Positions 25,891 to 38,756 of a stretch of 64,000 nucleotides of DNA are shown here, in pieces. Source of the stretch: Chiloscyllium plagiosum. Its lineage: Eukaryota. The notes beneath the pieces were generated by a model. The model was given only the letters and a program-made list of their open reading frames with translations. It had not been told where the DNA came from and ran no database searches. The stretch's first letter is position 1, and the number at the start of each line of letters is the position of its first letter. The translations under genes and the position numbers were made by a program. Location of the stretch: assembly GCF_004010195.1 (NCBI RefSeq), contig NC_057730.1:38795920-38859919 (forward strand), in the 5' to 3' direction.

Positions 25891-27079
25891 TCAGTGGGTT
25901 GTAATGTTGCCTTTGTTCAGATGGTTTTGGTCCTATCCACAGATTTGAGCACTCAGCGAGCAGCAAGTTTGTTCAACATTTTAATATGGTCGGGGAGGTG
26001 GGGGTGGGCACATTTCAATCTTTCTCTCACTCAGGGTGAGCAGGTTTTAGCAAAGTGAGGTTTAATTGCCAGAAGAGTGAACATGAGCTTGCAAAGCAAT
26101 AAATTGGGTAAATGAGTAATAAATAAAAGTGATCATTAAGAAGTGCCCAGCAGCTCCTCAGCGGTGCTGTATTGTGTGCAGCTATCAATAAAATGAGCAT
26201 AAACCGCTGAGTTTACACACTGCCTGCCTCATAACAAACAGGCACCAGTTAATCATGTGCCTGTTGATGAGCCTTGTCTGATTTTTCCCTCAGTGATGCT
26301 GACAATGTGAGTAAACTGCATTTACTCCCGTATCAGAGCAACACTTAATCCAGAAATGCTTCACGGATTGTTCATCTGCAGCTGTGTACATTCTAATTCT
26401 GATCCCTCCCACTGTCTAACCATTATATAACCAGCCTTGTAAACATCACTGATTTAATCTCGGTGGGTTTGCGTTTGGAAATTGACCTCTCAGTGATATC
26501 ATTGTACAAAATCTTAACTTGTTTGTATCAAGGTGCTTTGTGTGCTATTTTAATAAAGGCATTAACCTGTTTAAAATAAACACGATAGTCCTGTGTTATT
26601 TGATATGAATATGACAAGTACTCGTAGATAACATTAGGCAGAGTAGCCTTTATGCTTCAGGACTTTATCAGATTCTTTGAATCTTCTGAAGTGATGGCAG
26701 ATAAAGCTTTTGTGTCAAACATTCTGAATTTCAGAAATCTGCTGACTTCAAAAAAAAATGAAGCTTCTGTTACTATGGTTACTCATCTGACTAACTTTTT
26801 CTCTGGGCTAAAAATAAAATACAGTGAAGTGTGAAGCAGAAGGCATTAGAAGTGTACAAAGCACTTGAAAGCCAAAGGACAGTTACCAGTTTCAGCACAG
26901 GGTCTCATCCATATTGGTTATTTGTTCCTTAGAAAGGTTACATTTGACATGCTAATCTTTATTTGCACTTTCAGCAGTTTGATAGCCTCCGGCACTATTT
27001 GCATAAAGTACTTTGTGTAACTTTTATTCAGCTGTTCAATTAAAAAAAAACTTGTGTTTGTATGGCCACTTCTAGACTT

Positions 27080-27480
27080 CAGTCACTGAAGTACGATAGT
27101 TCCCATTGTAATGTAGGGAAGCATAGCAGACAATCTGGGCACAGCAATTTCCAGCAAGCAGCAATGCAATAAATACTAGGCCACCGCTGTTTGGGAGTGA
27201 GAAATATTTGCCCAGGACTCTCAGGAGAACTCCCCTGCTCTTTGGAATAGTGCCAAAAGGTCTTTTACAGGGACAAAAAAATCTGCAGATGCTGGAATCC
27301 AAAGCAGACAAGGAGGAGGCTGGAAGAACACAGCAAACCAGGCAGCATCAGGAGAAGCCTGATGTTTTGGATATAAGCCCTCTTCAGGAAGAAGGGTTAT
27401 ACCTGAAACATTGGAATTCTCCACTTCCAGCCTTCTGCCTGTCTACAAAAGATCTTTTACAGCTACCGAGAACCCTCACC
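27080..27480 (-). mobile_element. Deu-domain SINE interrupted by a family B-like insertion
   Basis: aaatatttgcccaggactctcaggagaactcccctgctctttggaatagtg is the reverse of the Deu core. Confidence 0.6.
27271..27445. mobile_element. Older PLE family B-like fold-back insertion
   Basis: ctgcagatgctggaatc...gcagcatc...cccttcttcag-like / gaagaagggttatacctgaaacatt; TSD caaaagRtcttttacag at 27254-27270 and 27446-27462. Confidence 0.75.
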
Positions 27481-28825
27481 TCCCATTACTTACTATTCAG
27501 TAACTACATTAGAATTACACAGATATATGGACATTCAATGAGAACAGATTTGCTTTGATTGTAACAGCCCCATAGTTTGCTGACGCATTCATAATCTAAA
27601 AAATACTGAGCTTAAATTGACTTTAAACTTCTGTAAATTACTTCACTGTACCATATGTTCCACACCATAGTACAGAGGAAACCAAATAGCTATTGGAAAA
27701 CTAGTTTGGATTGTGTCTTCATTCTGCTGGCATGTTATTGCCAAGGAATGTAAGTCAAACCAAGTCAGAACCGTCATTTGATAAGAGGATGTTGGTGACA
27801 CAAAATAACTTACTTTGCAACACAAAACCCAAGGCACTAACAGACTTGCCTTGTTCTTTCATTCAAGCTTGCATTGTCATTAAAGAAACATTATCCTGCA
27901 GCACAAGTCTCCTCCAACCTTACAAAAGGCTTCAAGAGTACTCTCTCCAGCTTAATGGACAATTGTCCAGCTGTCAAATGACAAAATAACCTGTCTTGCG
28001 TGTATTTTGATTACACCGTACTGTGGAGAGAATTAGGAAAAGACAAAAATAATAGCTAACTTCCAATAAACAACTTTTCAAGAAAGCGGATATTAATCAT
28101 AATGAAACAATAAATAATAGGTTAAAAGCAGTGAAATGTTTATCGTACAGCTATGAAACAGCAATCAGAGATTCTTCCATGAGTTATTTTTGATATACTT
28201 TCAACTTCAGAGAAGAGTCAAGGATACTAAGATTAAAATTAATAGAAAAGGTAAGAATTAATGATTCCCAAGGCTAGCGTATAAAGACCCTGCAGAATGC
28301 AGGATGATGACAAAGGAAGGTAAAGGCTTAAGAGAAATTTGAAAATAAAGCCAGAGGTGGAATTGATGTACTGAAAGTTGGGGATCCTGACATTCTCAAG
28401 TATCAAGCCTTGAACTCCAAGAGTGAAGATTGCAAATTTTAGTCCACACTACCAGTTCTCCGTAAAGCAACTTACATGTGTATCGCCCTTCAATGTAGCC
28501 CAAAGTCCCAACGTGTTCCACAATATAAGGTTTAACCCCCAAGCAGTTGAACTGAGTTCTCTGTTTTTGTGCTGTCGCTTTATGTAATTCCCAAGTAATC
28601 AACAGAAAAGTCTTTGTCAATAGATTACTGCACAAGGGATCACTGTCACCTGACCTCTGGCCTACTGCAATTCATTATTTGCCAGTGTCATGTCCAGCCA
28701 AATATCTTGCATATTAATGTCAATGAGAGCAACATTAGTCAGGGTCACAATGGATTGTACTCTGTCAGGTTACCACTGTGTAGCAAAGTTCAAAGTAAAC
28801 CAAGTTACCATCTGTATAACAAAAT

Positions 28826-29146
28826 GATTTGGAGATGCCGGTGTTGGACTGGGGTGTACAAAGTTAAAAATCACACAACACCAGGTTATAGTCCAACAGG
28901 TTTAATTGGAAGCACTAGCTTTCGGAGCGCTGCTCCTTCATCAGGTGGATGTGGAGGACACAATTGTAAGACACAAAATTTTCAATCTATCATATCAGTT
29001 ACATCGCACTGTAAACTTTTGCGATAAATTCTGTGTCTTACAATTGTGTTCTCCATAACCACCTGATGACGGTACGGCGCTCCGAAAGCTGGTGTGCTTC
29101 CAATTAAACCTGTTGGACTATAACCTGGTGTTGTATGATTTTTAAC
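28826..29146. mobile_element. PLE family A fold-back insertion
   Basis: ~115-bp inverted arms; TSD tataacaaaat at 28815-28825 and 29149-29159. Confidence 0.9.
28913..28947 (-). ncRNA. Minimal type I hammerhead ribozyme motif (family A, intact)
   Basis: Reverse complement: cac-CUGAUGA-a-GGAGC-agc-GCUCC-GAA-AGCU-A^-gug; activity untested. Confidence 0.7.
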
Positions 29147-29230
29147 AATATAACAAAATTAACCCTTCTAAATCCTTCTATTTTACTTCACAATACGATT
29201 ATAGATTAGTCTCTGTCATAGTTGAGTGGT

Positions 29231-30560
29231 GATTTGATGGTGCCCATGTTGGACTGGAGTGGACAAAGTTAAAAATCACACAACACCAGGTTATAGTCCA
29301 ACAGGTTTATTTGGAAGCACTAGCTTTCAAGTTGAACCGCCTCTTCATCAGGCGGTTGTAGAACAAGCCCATAAGACACAGAATTTATAGCAAAAAGGTT
29401 ACAGTGTAATGGATCTTTAATGATATATTAAACAAATTTATATTAAGACTTTCCTCTTTTAGAATGGAGTATGTTAGTTTTGGTTCTTTAATATGTAAAT
29501 CCCAGAACTCCTTTTAAGTTACCTTCTCAAGATAGCTTCAGCTTTTCGAACAATAGATGCCATTTCAGCCCAGACAATGCATTAAAGATGTGAGGTTAAA
29601 GTCTGTCTGTGTCCCAATGTTGCGTCAGATTGGTTCTATTTCTAAATGGAACTTACAGAATGTTACATGAATTAATGCAGTTTTTGAGCAAAATAAAATG
29701 TAATTCTGCAAATACAAATTTACCCCATAAACCTGTATGTGTGTATGTGCACAAGAGTGTGTGAGTGTGCATGAGTGTGCATGTAAGTGTGTGTGTGGGT
29801 GTCAGTGCATGTGAAACAGTGTGTGTGTATATGTGTGTAAGCTTGGTCAAGTATGTGTCTGAGTGTGATGGGGTATAAGCCTGTGAGAGGGTGCGTGCAT
29901 GAGTGTGAGTGTGGGGGCTGCATATGTGTGCTTATGAGAGAGAGCTTGTGTATAGGAGAGGGTCTGCGTGAGTATGTGAGTATGTTGAAGTGTGAGTGTA
30001 TGTACGTGCGTGTGTACATGTGTGTGTATACATGTGTGTGTATACATGTGTGTGTACGTGTGTGTGTACGTGTGTGTGTGTGTACGTGTGTGTGTGTACG
30101 TGTGTATGTATGCATTGCAGTGGAGTCACTTGTTATGTGACATGAACCCAAGGTCCTGGTTGAGGCCATCCCCATGGGTACCGAACTTGGCTATCAGCCT
30201 CTGCTCGAGGTCTGCCTTGGAGGACAGTCATCCGAAGGTCTGAGGTCGAATGTCCTGGACTGCTGAAGTGTTCCCTGACTGGAACAATGATGAATTGTTG
30301 CGCAGTGCCCAATTATCATTGCCATAGCCTCTGCTCGACCTTGCCAGTGTACCATGCCTCAGGGCATCCTTGTCTGCAGCATATGAGATAGACATTGGTT
30401 AAGTCACATGAGTACTCGCTGTGTACATGGTGGGAGGTCTCCCCATGTATAATGGCGGTGTCTGTGCCAACACTCTGGCATGTCTTGCAGTGGCTGCTGC
30501 AGAATTTGTGGGCAGAAATGGGTTGGCTTCCAACAAGGGTTTCCTTACTCTCCCAGTGTC
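29231..30560 (-). mobile_element. 5'-truncated Penelope-like element, family A (GIY-YIG domain, microsatellite-containing 3' UTR, terminal repeat)
   Basis: CSSHCKTC, NVYLICCRQGCPEAWYTG..EQRL, HFSSPGH..SDL, EQRLIAKFGTHGDGLNQDLGFMSH*; ends in the family A terminus. Confidence 0.9.
29734..30115. repeat. Compound (TG)n / (TGTA)n microsatellite within the PLE 3' UTR
   Basis: Directly visible. Confidence 0.9.
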
Positions 30561-30811
30561 CTTGTGGATAATGATCTGTCCATGCTGTATTTGCACCTGA
30601 TGCTGCAATGCTTATGCCCATAACATGAGAGCCATGTGGCAAACATGCCTGAAAGATTCTTACAGGTATTTATTACAGCTGCTGATATTTCTCCATGAAC
30701 ATCTGTGTCTGGGCCAATGTTAAGTCATTTTGTTATATACTGTTGCGTGCTTCCATCAGCATGTCATGCTTCAAGTTGTCCCAATTAAGATGGAGTCTGA
30801 TATATTGTTGC

Positions 30812-30900
30812 CGAGAGTGTGGCGTTGGAAGGACACAGCAGGTCAGGTAGCATCCGAGGAGCAGGAAGTAGATGTTTCGGCCCTCCTGATGAAAGGCTTG
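30812..30900. mobile_element. PLE family B terminal fragment with short fold-back
   Basis: gcaggtcaggtagcatccgaggagcagg...gatgtttcggcc then cctgatgaaaggc. Confidence 0.7.
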
Positions 30901-31940
30901 TATTTTGCACAATAGCAATATTTTTACATGGTCTGAGGTCACTATTTACTTCCAAATTGATGACAAATTCACTTCGATCCAATAATTGGAGTTCAGTAGA
31001 AGAATCAACATTATTTACACACGCTCAAGTGTTGTACTGAAGTAAAATTCCATTGCATTGGGAAAGATTTCCCCTGGCAATGCTGAAATATGAAGCCATG
31101 AACATCACCTGGTGTTCGAATGAACAATTGTTTCTGAGGTAAATAAGGGGTCAATATACTTGATAATATTACAGCAGACTATCACACAATCATTAGCTGC
31201 ACGCGAATGAAATTTGCACCACTATTACAGGAGATTGTGCCATAAAACCTGAGAGCAGTTAACTAATCTCTGTACAGTGAAGATAAACATGCATTTGTAT
31301 CTTTACAGTATCTTATGACCCAGGGATGTAAATTAACCCAAATCAGAACCGCACCTGGCTAAAACAAGATACAAATAGCTTGGAATGCAACATTAAACCC
31401 ACCATAATGATAGAGCTTATCTTATTTTCCATTGGACATTACGCTGTCTTCCAGAAACATTATCATGCTCAACTTTGGCATTTTGTTTTGATGTTTTAAG
31501 TTGCTTTGCTGAAGCCAAGGACCTTCCGGCATACTAGCTAATCTTGGACAAGTCAAGTATGAAAATAATCCCTCGGATATTGTTTAGGTAACAGTGCACC
31601 ACGTAGTAAATCAGGACTGAGATGAGGCCATTAAATTGCACTTAAAAGCAACTAAATAGATGATAGTAATCAGATTCACTAATAAAACAACGATGATAGG
31701 ATAACCTGGATTTCTAGTATTCATTAGAGGATATCAGTTGAAAGAAGGGATAGTAGGTCAAACTCTGCAATGTGTAGGAAAGATGCAGGTGATGGAATAA
31801 AATTATGGCTTGATTCTAAAAACTTCCAAAAGTGCTGCCAACTGAACCATAGCATAAAAGATTGAAGGAAAGAATGTACTTGAGTGGGAGGTGCAGCATA
31901 TGATTTTATTTATTTATTTAAACTCTTCAAAGGGTGCTGT

Positions 31941-32034
31941 AAGAGTCAAGATCAGAGTGGTGCTGGAAATGCACAGCAGGTCAGGCAGCATCCGAGGAGC
32001 AGGAAAATCAATGTTTCGGGCAAAAGCCCTTCAT
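31941..32034 (-). mobile_element. PLE family B terminal fragment, ending within the hammerhead core
   Basis: gctggaaatgcacagcaggtcaggcagcatccgagg...atgtttcgggcaaaagcccttcat. Confidence 0.8.
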
Positions 32035-32502
32035 ACTATAGTTGATTGACACCTCGAAAAGGTTTTTGATGGACTTTTGATGTGTTTTAATGAATACAAA
32101 TCTTTGTTTTAATCAAATACTTAGGGATATTTAAACCAAATGAATGGGCTTTCATACATGGAAGTGCTTTTTAAAGAGTGAAATCTGTAATGGATATTTA
32201 AAACATTACTTTATTTCATTTCAGCATAGTTATGGAGGTCTGCCCACAATAGATATCAGGTTGATTGGTATGCAGGGTATAAAGGTAAATGAGTTTGTAC
32301 TAAATTGGTGATAAAATGCCATGGGAAGAAGTGAGAGGCATGGAGATCATGAGGAGCCAATTGGCGATGATAGGGGTATATGTGTTGTCATGGTGAATAT
32401 TAGGAGCCATGTATTCCAAAGACAGGCGTGCAGAGTCAAGAAATTTCCCAATACAAACCATCCACCTCGAAGATGAAAATCTAGCCTTTCTTTTATTGAA
32501 CC

Positions 32503-33705
32503 GAGAGTCACAGAGCCATAGAGATGTACAGCATGGAACCTCTCAGTCCAACCCGTCCATGCCAACCAGATATCCCAACCCAATCTAGTCCCACTGCCAG
32601 CACCCAACCCATATCCCTCCAAACGCTTCCTATTCATATACCCATCCAAATGCCTTTTAAATGTTGCAATTGTACCAGCCTCCACCACTTCCTCTGGCAG
32701 CTCGTTCCATACACGTACCACACTCTGAGTGAAAATATTGCCCCTTAGGTCTCTTTTATATCTTTCCCCTCTCACCCCCTAAACCTATGCCCTCTAGTTC
32801 TGGACTCCCCGACCCCAGGGAAAAGACTTTGTCTATTTATCCTATCCATGCCCCACATGATTTTATAAACTTCTATAAGGTCACCCCTCAGCCTCCAATG
32901 CTTCAGGGAAAACAGCCCCAGCCTGTTCAGCATCTTCCTATAGCTCAGATCCTCCAACCCTGCCAACATCCTTGTAAATCTTTTCTAAACCCTTTGAAGT
33001 TTCACAACATCTTTGTGACAGGAAGGAGACCAGAATTGAACGCAATATTCGAACAGTGACCTAAAACCAATGTCCTGTACAGCCACAACGTATCCTCCCA
33101 ACTCCTGTACTCAATACTACAGCGTGGGCAGCACGGTGGCACAGTGGTTAGCAGTGCTGCCTCATAGCGTCAGAGACCCGGGTGCAATTCCCGCCTCAGG
33201 CGACTGACTGTCTGGGGTTTGCACATTCTCCCCGTGTCTGCGTGGGTTTCCTCCGGGTGCTCCGGTTTCCTCCCACNNNNNNNNNGTACTCAATACTCTG
33301 ACCAATAAAGGAAAGCACACCAAACACCTTCTTCATTATCCTATCTACCTATGACTCCACTTTCAAGGAGCTATGAACCTGTGCTCCAAGGTCTCTTTGT
33401 TCAGCAATACTACTTAGGACCTTACCATTAAGTGTATAAGTCCTGCTAAGATTTGCTTTCCCAAAATGCAGCACCTCACATTTATCTAAATTAAACTCCA
33501 TCTGCCACTTCTCAGGCTATTGGCCCATCTGATCAAGATCCCGTTGTAATCTGAGGTAACCTTCTTCGCTGTCCACTACACCCCCAATTTTGATGTCATC
33601 TGCAAACTTACTAACTGTACCTCTTATGCTCACATCCAAATCCATATAAATGACAAAAAGGAGTGGACCCAACACCGTTCCTTATGACACTCCACTGGTC
33701 ACAAG
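32503..33705 (-). mobile_element. CR1/HER1 3' part
   Basis: Minus ORFs FTQSVVRVWNELPEEVVEAG and RLRGDLIEVYKIM; reverse complement encodes SKFADDIK. Confidence 0.93.
33126..33276 (+). mobile_element. HE1-like SINE inserted in the CR1 (cut by a gap)
   Basis: gggcagcacggtggcacagtggttagcag head; flanking duplication gtactcaatact. Confidence 0.88.
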
Positions 33706-34143
33706 TTCTTTAAGTTGAAAGCCAAAACTTAGCTGCAGCACATCTTTTCATGACCATTCTAAGGAAAAATTGTGTTTTTCAACATTGTGCAAATGGGTAT
33801 CGATGGAGCAGCATTCACCATATACCTCTGAGTGTCCCTGAGAAGGTGGACCAGGCATAATTCCTGAGAAATGTATTCTCAGTTAGGAATTATTTTGGCT
33901 TTTAAGTGGCTCACTTTATTGTGGAGCTGATGTATACACACCAGAATGATCCAGAGTGCAAATCTGGAGGCCCTTCTGGCTCAACCAATCTCAGACAAGA
34001 TGGTTTGCCCTATTACTGTGAAAAAAACATGGGAATGACTTGCTTTTGTTCTGCATCTACTGTGACTTCAGGAAGTTGCAAAGTACTTGTTTGAAGTTTA
34101 GTCACTCCTGTAACGGAGAAGATGTAGATACTGCCCAACTTAC

Positions 34144-34309
34144 CTACGCCTCCCAAAATAATTTCCCTTTCGATGGCCAGTGAAATCCTCCTGTTGGGGA
34201 TGGGGACGGGGACGTAAGGTATCAAATCCTACGGTGTCCTCCAGGTTAATTTACTTCAGCAGCTGCTTGAACAAGCTGTTCGAGGACTGACACTTTGTAT
34301 AGTCAATCT
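34144..34309 (-). other. Candidate exon (CpG-rich, no through-reading frame)
   Basis: Acceptor ccttctttttcag and donor ag/gtaagt; unusually many CpGs. Confidence 0.3.
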
Positions 34310-34839
34310 CTGAAAAAGAAGGCCACATTTTTGGGAAGAAAACAAAATGGAGCTAGAAATAAAAGGAAGAGCTTGATAATCTATGGTAAGGCAGCAATGG
34401 TCACTTCTGCACATTCTCCTAGTGTCCTACTGCTCAGGGATGTAAATGTATCCAAATCACAGCTGCAACCGGATTAGACAGCGTGTTTAGTACAAATAAC
34501 ATAGAAGGTAACACAAAACCCCTGATAATAATAGAACTTCTCTTGTTCATCAAGCTTCACATATCATGAAGTAATAACATCTGTACAAGAGATCTCTCTA
34601 ATGCTCAAAACAAGTCCACTCTTTGGTGCCATGAGTTTTCTAATATATGAATGGTCTTGTAAACATTCAATGGTAAAAGCCAAAATTTAAGTAACAGTGT
34701 ATTGCTGACAGGTTTCTTTCAAACGTAAGACGAGTGATCAGCTTCTGAAAATGGTTACTATATAGTTCAAACCATATTCCTAATATGAAGAATTATATAT
34801 TAATCTACTTCCAGTCCTGTATATTGTAAACAGTTGTAA

Positions 34840-36230
34840 ACTGTGACACACCTATTCAGAAAGGGAGGGAGGTAAAAAATGTGTAATTACAGGCCAATTA
34901 GCCGAACATCATTTATTGGAAAAGTATTGGAATCAATTATTAAGGGAGTAAAACAGAACAATTGGAAAATCATAATCTAATGAAGCAGAGACAGCATAGC
35001 TTCCTGAAAGAGAGATTGTGCCTGATTAATAATTGAGAGTTTTTTGATGAAATCTCACCCAGCATGGATAGATGGCAACCAGTAGATACGTTGTATTTGG
35101 GCTTCCAAAAGGCGTTTGACAAGGTACCTCACAAAATGTTAAGGTAAGGGCCCACAGTGTTGGAGATAGCATATTGGTATCAATAGAGAATTGATTAATG
35201 GGCAGGAAACAGCAAATGGGGATGAGGGGTTCTTTTTCAGGTTGGCAATCACTAACCAGTGGGATTCCCCAAGGATCAGAGTTGGGACTGCAATTATTTA
35301 CAATATATATTAATGACTTGGAGAAAGGAAGTGAATGTACTGTAGCCAAACTTGCAGATAAAAAAAAAAGGCAGAAAACTAGCTTGTGAGAAGAGACACA
35401 AACAGCTTACACAAAGACATTAATGAGTAAGTAAGCAGGCAAAAAGTTGGCAAATGGAGTATGATATGGAAAATGTGAATTGTTCATTTTGGAAGGGAGA
35501 ACAAAACAACAGAATACTATTCATATGGAGAAAAACTTCAGAAAACTACAATATGAAAGGACTTGGGGATACTTGTACGTAAAACACAGAAAGCTAGCAA
35601 ATAGGTGCAGCCATCAGGAAGGCACGAGTTGGTTCTTATTTCAAGGGGATTGGGGTTCGAGATTAGGGAGGTCTTACTGAAATTGTATAAGGTGTTGGTG
35701 AGACCACATCTCAAAGCAGTTTTGATCCCCTTATTCCAAAGAAGGTGCACTTGGATGATCCCTGGGATGACGGGAATGTCTTTTGACCAAAGGTAAAACA
35801 GGATGGGACTCCACTCACTGGAGTTTAGAAGAATGAGAGGTGATCTCATTGAACCTTCAGGATTCCTAAGGCGCTTGACAGGGTAAATGCTGAGAGGATG
35901 TTTTCCGTCACGGGAGAGTCGAGGACCAGAGGGCGTAGTCTCAGAATAAAGGGGCATCAATTTAAAACTGAGATAAGGAGCAATTTCATCTCTCAGAAGG
36001 TTGTCAATCTTTGGACTTCTTTGTCACTGGGAGCTGTGGGAGGATAGTCCCTGCGTATATTGAAAGCTGAGATAGATTCTTGATCAATAGGGGAATCAAA
36101 GGTTACAGGGAAAATACGGGAGGAGTGGATGTGAGGAATGTTGGATCAGCCATGATCCTATAGAATGATGAAACAATCTGAAGGGACTGAATAGCGTACA
36201 CCTTTTCCTATTTCATCTGGTTTTATGGTC
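34840..36230 (+). mobile_element. Decayed CR1 RT and 3' end
   Basis: FQKAFDKVPH, TSGIPQGSELGLQLFTIYINDL, LYKVLVRPHL. Confidence 0.88.
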
Positions 36231-36279
36231 ATTTAGAGGGAAAAAAGAATCACGTGAAGGTAAAAATAGTACATGAATA

Positions 36280-36700
36280 AATTGGTATTGAGGGTGCACT
36301 GCATTACTAGAGGCACTATCTTTCAGAGGAAATGCCACATTGAGACATCAGACATTTTCTCAGTTGGATCTAAAACATTCAATTGCACTGGTTTGATAAA
36401 AAAGTAGAGCACTTTGCTCTCATGTCCTGGCTAACCTTTATCCCTCAACTGACATTGAGATGATTGTAACAAAGTCAGGCGGGTGGACCTCATAGATCAA
36501 TGTGTAAATAAAGGATGACTTGGTGATGGGACACTGGCCTCTGTGGAGTTGTTTCAGACATCAATTCAAAGTAACTGATCTTGTCATTATAAAGTTGCTC
36601 GATCTGTCTTTGCTCTGTGCAAGTCAGCTGCAGTGTTCCTCCAATATTAGGCTGGGGCTACATCAGGTTATGTCATTCAATTTGTTGGTGTCACAGATTG
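36280..36700 (+). mobile_element. Deu-domain SINE, decayed and interrupted
   Basis: tattgagggtgcactgcatt...tgtcctggctaacctttatccctcaac. Confidence 0.5.
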
Positions 36701-37689
36701 TGTTAACTTTAAAATAAACCAGATAGATTTAATATTTTAAACCTTTTTATCCACTGATAGGTTATTTGAGAAAATCTATACTTTAAAAAAAAATTGTAAT
36801 GATATACCACCAGCATAAATAGTATAATTACCATTACTCTTTTTGAGATAATTTAAAACACATGGTATAAGAGGCATGAAGTTATTTAGCAATACTACAG
36901 AAAACACACCTCCAAGTTAATTTACAGTCATTTGACATTTCCATGTAATGCCATGAGTCCTGACATAATAGTCAACTAATCTCCAGAGGCCATGGTAAAT
37001 TTATATCTGCAACTTTACAATATTTTGTTACACAGAATTATAAATAAAACCAAATCAGGGTTGAAACTCGATAAGGCAATATATGGTAAAAATGATTTAT
37101 AATACAATACAAATGAAAACTATTTGAATGCGTTGCTATTCCATTAAACTTTACACTTGGCTACAGGAACATTACCCATTGTACTATAAATTTATCCCAT
37201 CTTCATCAAGTGTCATTGATGGATCTGATTTCTATCTGAAGGCATACATTTCTACAATGAAATACAGTAACAAGCTAATTGTTTTGGCTATCATTCAGGT
37301 AAATTTGTAGGATGGAGGTGAGGCCACTGAAAGCTTCTCAATAACAGGTGAATGAAAGTTGTGGCAATTGAGTTAGAAACAAACTCCAATAAACCAAACA
37401 TGGAGTGGCCACACTGTAGGACAAAGACAAACAAAATTCTGAAGCTCTGTTAAGAGACTAGCCCCCTTATTTGAGAAGTCCAGTAAAAAAAGCCTTCATT
37501 CACAGTTTAGTTCAGAAAGGTGAGAGAGGATCTAATTCAGCTAAGACAGTCAAGGTGCAGGAAGGGTGTTTCCCTTGATTGGTGAGTCAGGGGTCACAGT
37601 CTCGGGATATGGGAGAGCATTTAGGAGTGAGATGAGGGAACATTTATTTACTCCCACTGGTGCTCAGTAGCAGTAGTGTGTACTGCTGA

Positions 37690-37965
37690 CAACCCTGCAG
37701 GAATCCACAAAGCTTCTTCCGTCAGCACCTTCCAAGCCCACAACTGCTTCCATCGAGAAGTACAAAAGCAGCAGGTACATGGAAACATGACCACCTGCAA
37801 GTTTCCCTCCAAGGCACTCATCCAGATTTAGAATTTTATTGATTTTCCTTAACTGTTACTCGTGTCATAAACCTGAAACTCTGTCCCTAATGGCATTCTG
37901 GCATTGCTGACACCAAATGGATTGGAGTGGTTCAAGAAGGTAGCTCACCACCACCTTCTCATGGT
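37690..37965 (+). mobile_element. CR1/L2-group LINE 3' UTR fragment
   Basis: cagcaccttccaagccc...gttcaagaaggtagctcaccaccaccttctc; homologous to 52.4-52.7 kb. Confidence 0.65.
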
Positions 37966-38756
37966 GTCAGAACTCCAGCCACACTCAAACAGCATTTATT
38001 CCAGTAATTCTCTGAGGGCTCCTTTTGGGCTATCACACATTCTAACAAGTCAGCAAGGCAAAGGGAGGCTTTTGTCTTCATGTTCTTGCTAGGGATCTGC
38101 TTGCAAGACAATAAATGGGAGAAAGGTGTGAGATCAGGCAGAGCAGCTCAGCTCAGCTGCTTCAGGAGAGAGGGCCAGGATGGTCAAGCATAAAGTGCTG
38201 GACATATTTCACTCAGTGAGAGTCCAGGACATCTCTCCTCCCCTGAACTACCTCAAAAAGGATTTCTGTCTCTGAGAATCTGTGTTCCCTTTTGCTCAAT
38301 CCTTGAATCATCCTACAGTGTGGCGCTATGTGAAAGGTGGAGTGTTCCACAGCTTTAGTGGAAGTAGCTGCAAGGACTTCACATATAACTTCACAAGACT
38401 TTCACACATTCAGTGCTAAACAATTCCAGGCAAATTCAAATGATGGTATCGATAACTAGGATTAAATTCAGACTTTTAAACTAGTTTCATTATTACTGCA
38501 ACCATTTAGTGTCTGCTTTCACCATTTTGGCCAAAATAATTCATCTCTGACCCATGCTGTCCCAGTGTGGAAGCCCCTTATATTTGATATTGGAGATCAC
38601 ATGTTTTAATTGTATGTTCCTGTCCTTGGAGATTGACATACAATTAACCAACGAACTTTTTTGATACAGTAAGGAAATTGACCCAGTGTCTATTGCCAGA
38701 TTAATACCTAGAATAAACAGTTGCTTTATGAGTCTAGATGGGATAGGTCTGTATCT

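Noticed and set aside
29653-30243. His/Thr-rich and Cys/Val-rich ORFs
   Set aside because: Translations of the (CA/TG)n microsatellite.
34144-34245. Neuropeptide-like ...GNYFGRR amidation motif on the minus strand
   Set aside because: The frame has an upstream stop, no start codon or signal peptide, and no recognisable family match.
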